This document shows, piece after piece, positions 36,607-44,953 of a stretch of 44,953 nucleotides of DNA (the stretch's first letter is position 1; every line of letters begins with the position of its first letter). The notes beneath the pieces were generated by a model. That model was not told where the DNA came from. It saw nothing but the letters and a program-made list of their open reading frames with translations, and made no database searches. The position numbers were made by a program, and so were the translations under genes. The stretch is from Octopus bimaculoides (taxonomy: Eukaryota): the NCBI RefSeq assembly GCF_001194135.2, contig NC_068993.1, positions 1,129,093 to 1,174,045 on the forward strand. The letters are read 5' to 3'.

Positions 36607-38551
36607 TACTATCTCTCACACTTCAAAGTCATTGTCAAACTATTACTAACATTTGGTTCTCTACTTGCAATAGTGAGTTCTTTTGTTCAGACGTTTCTTA
36701 ATTCACATACATACACACACACACACATATATATGCACATATATATATATATATANNNNNNNNNNNNNNNNNNNNNNNNNNNNNNNNNNNNNNNNNNNNN
36801 NNNNNNNNNNNNNNNNNNNNNNNNNNNNNNNNNNNNNNNNNNNNNNNNNNNNNNNNNNNNNNNNNNNNNNNNNNNNNNNNNNNNNNNNNNNNNNNNNNNN
36901 NNNNNNNNNNNNNNNNNNNNNNNNNNNNNNNNNNNNNNNNNNNNNNNNNNNNNNNNNNNNNNNNNNNNNNNNNNNNNNNNNNNNNNNNNNNNNNNNNNNN
37001 NNNNNNNNNNNNNNNNNNNNNNNNNNNNNNNNNNNNNNNNNNNNNNNNNNNNNNNNNNNNNNNNNNNNNNNNNNNNNNNNNNNNNNNNNNNNNNNNNNNN
37101 NNNNNNNNNNNNNNNNNNNNNNNNNNNNNNNNNNNNNNNNNNNNNNNNNNNNNNNNNNNNNNNNNNNNNNNNNNNNNNNNNNNNNNNNNNNNNNNNNNNN
37201 NNNNNNNNNNNNNNNNNNNNNNNNNNNNNNNNNNNNNNNNNNNNNNNNNNNNNNNNNNNNNNNNNNNNNNNNNNNNNNNNNNNNNNNNNNNNNNNNNNNN
37301 NNNNNNNNNNNNNNNNNNNNNNNNNNNNNNNNNNNNNNNNNNNNNNNNNNNNNNNNNNNNNNNNNNNNNNNNNNNNNNNNNNNNNNNNNNNNNNNNNNNN
37401 NNNNNNNNNNNNNNNNNNNNNNNNNNNNNNNNNNNNNNNNNNNNNNNNNNNNNNNNNNNNNNNNNNNNNNNNNNNNNNNNNNNNNNNNNNNNNNNNNNNN
37501 NNNNNNNNNNNNNNNNNNNNNNNNNNNNNNNNNNNNNNNNNNNNNNNNNNNNNNNNNNNNNNNNNNNNNNNNNNNNNNNNNNNNNNNNNNNNNNNNNNNN
37601 NNNNNNNNNNNNNNNNNNNNNNNNNNNNNNNNNNNNNNNNNNNNNNNNNNNNNNNNNNNNNNNNNNNNNNNTATATATATATATATATATATTATATAAT
37701 TTTAGATCAGGTATGTGTGAGCGAGTGAGTGTGTGTTTGTGTGTATATTCACAGACGTATACAAATTAGCTGTGGTATGTATAGTCCAATACACGAGACA
37801 GTAAATGCCCTGTTGACGGGTGTATGCGACGGATCCTGTTTGCACGGATGGAGTTGTCAGAATAGCAGCAGAACAAATACACAGCGAGAAGAGGAAGCCT
37901 TGAAAGATGGTCTTGAGTGACGAGCTGTTGTTTTAAGGAACCAATCAACTCAACCACACTGACTGTACAACATGACTTAATATGTTTAGTATCTCCACCA
38001 CTAAACGTTTGATATGAAGCCACCCGAGAGAGAGAAACACCAGTTCTATGATACAAAACAAGACAGTTGTTACCAAGTAAATGTGAAACATTCCGTCATA
38101 ACGTTAACTAACATATTTATACATTTATGAGGCGAAATAACGAATTATTTCAATGAATAATATAAACTTGTTTATTTCCCTCTAAATTCTGGATTATTTT
38201 ACACAATTCATTGAGTCGTATAAAAAGTTTATAACATTCAAATTGTATCGAACGAGTCACACATGTGATTAAAGTTGGTTATATTTGTCAACCACTCGAC
38301 TTGTGGTCCCCTCATTTCTCCATCGGAAAACTTTAAACTATTCACTGACTTTTTACATCAATTTCTTAAGTTGATGATTTTTCACTAATAGCTGTGGGAA
38401 AAATCATTGTGTAATTTTTTTTTGTGTGTGTGGTGTACGTATGTATTAATACATGTATAAGATACACACATATATACACACAAAAAAACACACATACACA
38501 TATGTATAATTATACATACATGTGTGTTTTTATATATATGAAAAAAAAAAC

Positions 38552-38712
38552 ACGACGGGCTTCTTTCAGTTTCCATCTAGCAAATCCACTCACAAGGGTT
38601 TGGTCGGTCCGAGGATATAAAAAAAAAGGACACTTATCCAATGTGCCACGCAATGTGATTGAACCCTGAACCATGTGTTTGGGAAGCAAGCGTCTTACCA
38701 CACAGCCACGCC
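38552..38712 (-). mobile_element. SINE family C, full length and well preserved
   Basis: The reverse complement reads GGCGTGGCTGTGTGGTAAGA (A-box)...GGTTCAGGGTTCAATCAC (B-box)...TGCGTGGCACATTGGATAAGTGTC (CORE-like)...GAAACTGAAAGAAGCCCGTCGT. Confidence 0.85.
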
Positions 38713-39571
38713 TTCAACTGTATGTCTATATATATATATATNNNNNNNNNNNNNNNNNNNNNNNNNNNNNNNNNNNNNNNNNNNNNNNNNNNNNNNNNNN
38801 NNNNNNNNNNNNNNNNNNNNNNNNNNNNNNNNNNNNNNNNNNNNNNNNNNNNNNNNNNNNNNNNNNNNNNNNNNNNNNNNNNNNNNNNNNNNNNNNNNNN
38901 NNNNNNNNNNNNNNNNNNNNNNNNNNNNNNNNNNNNNNNNNNNNNNNNNNNNNNNNNNNNNNNNNNNNNNNNNNNNNNNNNNNNNNNNNNNNNNNNNNNN
39001 NNNNNNNNNNNNNNNNNNNNNNNNNNNNNNNNNNNNNNNNNNNNNNNNNNNNNNNNNNNNNNNNNNNNNNNNNNNNNNNNNNNNNNNNNNNNNNNNNNNN
39101 NNNNNNNNNNNNNNNNNNNNNNNNNNNNNNNNNNNNNNNNNNNNNNNNNNNNNNNNNNNNNNNNNNNNNNNNNNNNNNNNNNNNNNNNNNNNNNNNNNNN
39201 NNNNNNNNNNNNNNNNNNNNNNNNNNNNNNNNNNNNNNNNNNNNNNNNNNNNNNNNNNNNNNNNNNNNNNNNNNNNNNNNNNNNNNNNNNNNNNNNNNNN
39301 NNNNNNNNNNNNNNNNNNNNNNNNNNNNNNNNNNNNNNNNNNNNNNNNNNNNNNNNNNNNNNNNNNNNNNNNNNNNNNNNNNNNNNNNNNNNNNNNNNNN
39401 NNNNNNNNNNNNNNNNNNNNNNNNNNNNNNNNNNNNNNNNNNNNNNNNNNNNNNNNNNNNNNNNNNNNNNNNNNNNNNNNNNNNNNNNNNNNNNNNNNNN
39501 NNNNNNNNNNNNNNNNNNNNNNNNNNNNNNNNNNNNNNNNNNNNNNNNNNNNNNNNNNNNNNNNNNNNNNN

Positions 39572-39640
<69 letters not shown>

Positions 39641-39841
39641 ATATGTATATATAGTGTAAATGGAAGGAACAATCAAAGAAAGGCCACACTGGAGGTACAG
39701 CAAGAAATGTATAACAAGTCTTGTATTAGTTAAGCGTTTTAATAGAAATTGTTTGATATTAATACATACATGTATTCATACATACACATACATACAGGCA
39801 TATTTACACACATACATATACATTGAAATGTGTGTGCATAT

Positions 39842-39876
<35 letters not shown>

Positions 39877-40704
39877 AATGTTACACCTGTCTTCGTCTTC
39901 ATTTTACTAAATAGATTATTGTTCTTTTAACTTTCACGTGCATTTCCGACAAATTCGTGCGCGCGCGCGCCTAAAACGTTCAAGAACCATCGTTGGTGTC
40001 TGTACTTGAACCCCAACTGCCACCCTGGCATATAGCCATCCCACCAGGTAACCATACCGCCACCTGCACATAAGCTAACACACCTGTAATTAACTGGAAT
40101 TTGGCCAGCGGACGGCAGCGTATTTGAATTCACGACTCTTATATCAACGGCCAATACCGTCGGTAGAGGTTTTATATACATACATACACACATACATACA
40201 TGTGTGTGTGAGTGAGTGTGTAGACACACACATTTCACGTGTGTTTAGCGTTGATTCTAGATATATACTTCCAAGAGTAATAATGAAACAATTTTGTGCT
40301 CAGCATACAAACAACGAACCCACATCTATTTAAATACATGATAACCACGTGAACTTTTTCAAATAGCAAATAAATATTTATTAATGTATATATTTTAGCA
40401 ATTATGTTTGTATGTATGTGTGTATGTATACATACGTACATATAGGCTTGTATATATTTATATATACATATATCTATCTATCTATCTACTTTTAAAAACC
40501 ACACAGTTTCCATCTCTCTGATAAAAATTAAAGATTTCTATCAAAATTCGATTTCTTATTCACAATCATTTCTCTTTCTCGGGTTTTGGTATTAAATGCT
40601 TTATACTTAATTCAGGAAACATCACTGGTGCACACGCACATACGTATATACTTATATATATTTACACACATGCTTTAACATATAGATATGCATATATATA
40701 TACA

Positions 40705-40736
<32 letters not shown>

Positions 40737-40774
40737 NNNNNNNNNNATATATATATATATATATATATATACAG

Positions 40775-40890
40775 GTACAATTCATTTGTGCCATCTGAAT
40801 GGAATAAAGTGTTTTTCTCAAGAACCAAACGCGCCGCCGGGAATCGAACGCAGGACTTGACGCTCGTGGGCTGAATATCCTAACCTTCAC
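40775..40890 (-). mobile_element. SINE family B 5' half
   Basis: GGAATAAAGTGTTTTTCTCAAGAACCAAACGCGCCGCCGGGAATCGAACGCAGGAC...CCTAACC, with a minus-strand B-box (GGGAATCGAAC). Confidence 0.65.
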
Positions 40891-41409
40891 TAATATAACC
40901 CAAAATACTATTATGTGTAGCTTTCTACAAATCTTATCTCTTCATCCAGTCATGGATATATCTAACACACACGCGCACACATGCAACCTCAGACGCATTG
41001 GTAATCCTGTGTTCTTGTTTGTCTCACGGCAGATGTCACAATTCTGCTGTGCTATAATAATAAGTAACAAGTTGTTACCAGGTTCTCTATCTTCGTCTCT
41101 CAACATCGTAAGCAAAGGCATCTGTGACGACCTCGAGTGAGAACACAGAAGGTGAGAGTAGGGAGGCGTCTTTGAAATACTCGGCACAGAGCAGCATTGC
41201 TTCCCGAGTACTCTTCTCCCATTATAATACTCAGAGTACCGTTGAAAGTAGTTTACTAATTAACAATTATGACATTTTAAGGAATACTTCGTAATAATGA
41301 AATTTGCCAAGTCGTAAGAATTATCTTTAACCGGGACAGGGCGTGATTTGAACGTAAAACACAGCTGATAAAAAGGATTAATAGGGAGAGGTGGTTTGTC
41401 TGTCTGGTC

Positions 41410-41560
41410 GATTCATCTGCTAGAAATAACAGCTAATTTTCAATCTAAAATCACATCCAATTGTTATTAACGCAGAAGGACGCATTGTATAATTTGTCAG
41501 AAAAAAAAACAGATAGTCAAGGATGGAATGCTTAATCAGTGCTGATCTGAGACTAAAACA
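41410..41560 (+). mobile_element. Interspersed repeat family D, abutting the 3' tail of a reverse family A SINE
   Basis: TGCTAGAAATAACAGCTAATTTTCAATCTAAAATCACA...GGATGGAATGCT...GCTGATCTGAGACTAAAACA. Confidence 0.65.
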
Positions 41561-41567
41561 GTAATAA

Positions 41568-41744
41568 TAATCCTTTCTACTAAAGGCACAAGGCCTGAAA
41601 TTTGGGGGAGGGGATGAGTCAATTACATCGACGCCAGTGCGAAACTGGTACTTATTTCATCGACCCTGAAAGGATAAAAGGCAAAAATCGACCACGGCGG
41701 AATTTGAACTCAAAACGTAGCGGCAGACGAAATACCGCTAAGCA
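41568..41744 (-). mobile_element. tRNA-derived SINE family A, well-preserved but 5'-truncated
   Basis: TAATCCTTTCTACTAAAGGCACAAGGCCTGAAATTTGGGGG...ACTGGTACTTATTTCATCGACCCTGAAAGGATAAAAGGC...GGCGGAATTTGAACTCA. B-box on the minus strand. Matches my recollection of a very abundant Octopus SINE; the named family needs a Dfam/Repbase check. Confidence 0.85.
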
Positions 41745-42087
41745 AAGAGCCTGCAGCATTTAGTTACGGACCTTTGCATTCTAAGATCAAATCCCACCGA
41801 GGTCAACGTTGTATTTTATATTTCCATGGGTTGATGAAATAGAGTAACGATTGACCAAGTCGTTTGAACATCGGATGGAATGTTCCACCGTCTTCGTTTC
41901 GACCCTCTGCACTTTGAGTTCAAATATCATAGGGAGACCATTCCAAGGCAAGTGATTAGTTGAACTGTAAGAATACGAGAGTAGATTACCGAATGCTACG
42001 TGTTCCTACTCTTTAGGTTCTTAGTTTAAATCCCGCCATGACCTTCCTGGGTGATAGAATTAACCCATCTCCTGATTCAATACCACT

Positions 42088-42150
42088 GCCGGGCGAAATG
42101 CTTAGCGGTATTTCTTCTGCCGCTACGTTTTGAGTTCAAATTCCGCCGAA
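42088..42150 (+). mobile_element. SINE family A head fragment (inverted partner of 41695-41744)
   Basis: GCCGGGCGAAATGCTTAGCGGTATTTCTTCTGCCGCTACGTTTTGAGTTCAAATTCCGCCG. Confidence 0.85.
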
Positions 42151-43059
42151 TCGTTGCAATTTCGGTTGGGTATACTCGAGATTGCTCCAATCTGGCCAGC
42201 CCCAAGGAAAAACTAAGTTAAGCGCATTAGATTCCTTGGAAGAAAGCAGCGAATGTATACGAAAACAAGAACGGGGAAAAAAAAAAGAAACGAAGAAAGA
42301 AACACAAGAACGTGAGGGCGTGGTACATGCAAAGTATTAATAAGACGCTCAGGGAAGGAAAGAAAGGTTGGNNNNNNNNNNNNNNNNNNNNNNNNNNNNN
42401 NNNNNNNNNNNNNNNNNNNNNNNNNNNNNNNNNNNNNNNNNNNNNNNNNNNNNNNNNNNNNNNNNNNNNNNNNNNNNNNNNNNNNNNNNNNNNNNNNNNN
42501 NNNNNNNNNNNNNNNNNNNNNNNNNNNNNNNNNNNNNNNNNNNNNNNNNNNNNNNNNNNNNNNNNNNNNNNNNNNNNNNNNNNNNNNNNNNNNNNNNNNN
42601 NNNNNNNNNNNNNNNNNNNNNNNNNNNNNNNNNTATATATATATATATATATCTACACACACACACGACTGAATTGACTATGTGTTTACGCATGTATATG
42701 TTTATATATATGTGTGTGTGTGTGTGTGCGTGTGCCCGCGCGTTATATGTATATATACATACATACACGCACATGCACGTACTCGCACATACGCAGAGAG
42801 AGAAACGGCATCACTCGTTGGATGAGTGGAGTTTTATGCCAAAAGAGAAGCAGAGAAGCTGACCAATCTTTGATGAGATGGCATTGAATTGCGATGGAAA
42901 ATGGAATAAAGACGTCAGCAACTTCCTGAAAGGTGTCTAAGACCATAACCTTTTGTCTTTTACCAATTCTACAGATTAAATTCCTTGTAATATGAGTCCA
43001 AACATTTCCAGTTTTAGCGTAAAATATTTCGCCAAGAATTAATTCAGTGCAATGGAATC

Positions 43060-43480
43060 TCTTGGATGGGAGAGGAAGGAAGGTGGAGTTTGAGAAAGAG
43101 GGAGAGTTCAGTGTGTGTGGGAGAGAGAGAGAGAGAGAGAGAGGGGGTGAATGCGTGTGAAAGAGGGAGATAAATGGATTAAAAAAATAGGTTGAGAGAA
43201 GAAGAAGAAGAAGAAGAAGAAGAAGAAGACAATTGTGAGATGTAAAAATGATGAGAAGGAAACGGGAAGCGAGGTGGAGCAAAGGTCATCGAATTGGTGG
43301 TAGTGAGATGACAGTGGTGGGGGAGGGGATGATGTTGGTTATTATGATGTAAAGAATATTGTCCATCTGTTTACCATTCTATTTACGGAGGAACAGGAAG
43401 GGGGAAATAGAGAAGGAAATAATGACAGGTGGTTGCAAAGGCAGGGGAGATTGTGAGAAGCCTTAACAAGATAAAATAGT
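43060..43480 (+). repeat. Purine-rich low-complexity tract including (GA)n and (AAG)n at 43195-43228
   Basis: Directly visible strand-biased G/A richness. Confidence 0.85.
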
Positions 43481-44439
43481 TCACCTGTAACTGTGGAATA
43501 TTAAAAAATGGTAGTACAATGGTAGATAGAGTATATTAAGAGTGGATTACATTTGGGCATACTGGACTTGGGTAGATTGGTAGACAGGGAATATTAGGGG
43601 TGGATAATATTCTGAAATACAAGGGTTGGTAGCAAAGAAATGGTTTGTTTTATGAAAACCAATGGAAGACATGTTTGCTTCTTGTACAATGGCGAGTTGG
43701 AAGGTGGACGAATATTAAACTAAAGCGGTGAGACTCTAAGAATAAAGATTTCGAAAGGATTGTCCCTTTCTCACTTCTACATTGTGAGAACAGCAAATTA
43801 ACGATGGAGATAATTACACACACACACATTGTACGTAGTTATACATACATATATGCATACATACATGCAAACATATATATGTGTGTGTACATATATGAGA
43901 TAATTGTATATATTTATGATGTAGATATAGATGTATGTGTGTGCGTGTGTGTTTAATGTAGATAATTGTATATATATGATGGAGATAGTTGTGTATAAAA
44001 AGCAATTCGCTGTTCAATTGCCAAAGATTACGCTGTTTTTCTTGTTGTTGTTGTAGTTCTTCTTCTTCTTCTTGTTATTGTTGTTGTTGTCCATGAAATT
44101 ACAAGTTTCCCGTCGATTAACTTTTCATGTTTGGAGTGGAAAGCTCTTTTGTTCCAAGATTTATTTCAGTTTCGCCATCATTTCGATCAGTTTGATCGCT
44201 GAGTGTCATCAGGTGTCTTATTGCTGGTTGGGCTTCGTTCAAGTTCCGTCTAATAATCAAATTAAAGGAGCAGCGACTCCAAGAGAGCCGATAGAGAAAA
44301 AAAAAAAAACATTTTCCGAGCAAAAATGTGCCTTGAATGGTTTTAATGCAACAGTTTTGAGTGAAACAACATTCTTGGATCTGAAGACGGTCAGAACATC
44401 TTTCAGGGAATTTCTGCATCTAATAAACCTGTTGAATCT

Positions 44440-44475
<36 letters not shown>

Positions 44476-44953
44476 GGTTTAGATATAGATCCAAGGCTTG
44501 AATATGGTACTTATGCGTAGGCACCCGAATATCGCATCCCAAAAGGATAGGTGATTAAAATCAAAATATAANNNNNNNNNNATATATATAGTATATACAT
44601 TTTATATGCATGTGTGCGTGCGTATATGCATACGTAAACACACAAATATGTGTATGCACACACACACATACATACACATACATACATATAGATATGGATA
44701 AATACAGCTAGGCACGCCATAATAGAACCAACAAACCTCACCCCCTATACCCACCACAACCTCTATCAACAGAGCCAGGCTTTGTTTGCCAACGATGCGG
44801 ACCGGCGCTAGTATCCGGGATTCAGATTTCGTATGTGTGTGTGTGTGTAAATATCCACGTATTCACATGCGTGAATATTCACACACACACACACACACAC
44901 ACAGATGTATGTATGTATGTATGTATGTGTGTATGTATGTATGTATGTATGTA

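Noticed and set aside
40990-41160. Acceptor-like CACGGCAG|ATG with a 35-codon frame and a small TACTCGG/CCGAGTA hairpin nearby (41178-41210)
   Set aside because: The peptide is unremarkable, and a 7-bp stem is within chance expectation.
44072-44473. 133-aa ORF in mostly unique sequence with an overlapping 100-aa antisense ORF
   Set aside because: It has a TTG start, low-complexity ends and no recognisable domain or splice context; about one such ORF is expected by chance in a window this size.
44788-44820. GC-rich segment ending CTAG|T as a second Helitron end
   Set aside because: The upstream hairpin is only 3 bp, too weak to call.

Overview
AT-rich, microsatellite-saturated animal genomic DNA from a short-read draft assembly. 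There are 16 N-gaps totalling about 5 kb, nearly all opening at simple repeats. The interspersed repeats match, from memory, the abundant tRNA-derived SINE families of Octopus, so a coleoid cephalopod (probably Octopus sp.) is inferred; this was not database-checked. I find no supportable host protein-coding exon, tRNA, rRNA or known miRNA, and almost all ORFs in the track are artefacts of microsatellites or N-runs. The only recognisable protein remnant is a decayed Tc1/mariner DD37D (maT-type) transposase at about 13.0-13.4 kb. The window contains about 20 copies or fragments of four interspersed repeat families, a probable solo LTR, a Helitron-like 3' end and several degenerate minisatellites. 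Short unique islands dense in transcription-factor-like motifs suggest a gene desert or giant intron. The most unusual structures are: (i) a 49/50-identical inverted duplication that appears to have split one SINE by micro-inversion around an array of SINE B-box heads (41.6-42.15 kb); (ii) a ~210-bp fold-back palindrome built from 19-bp subunits (22.2-22.4 kb); (iii) a CpG-rich 50-bp tandem duplication with hairpin-plus-CTRR units (34.84-34.93 kb). I cannot support a claim of a novel multi-gene system from this sequence alone.
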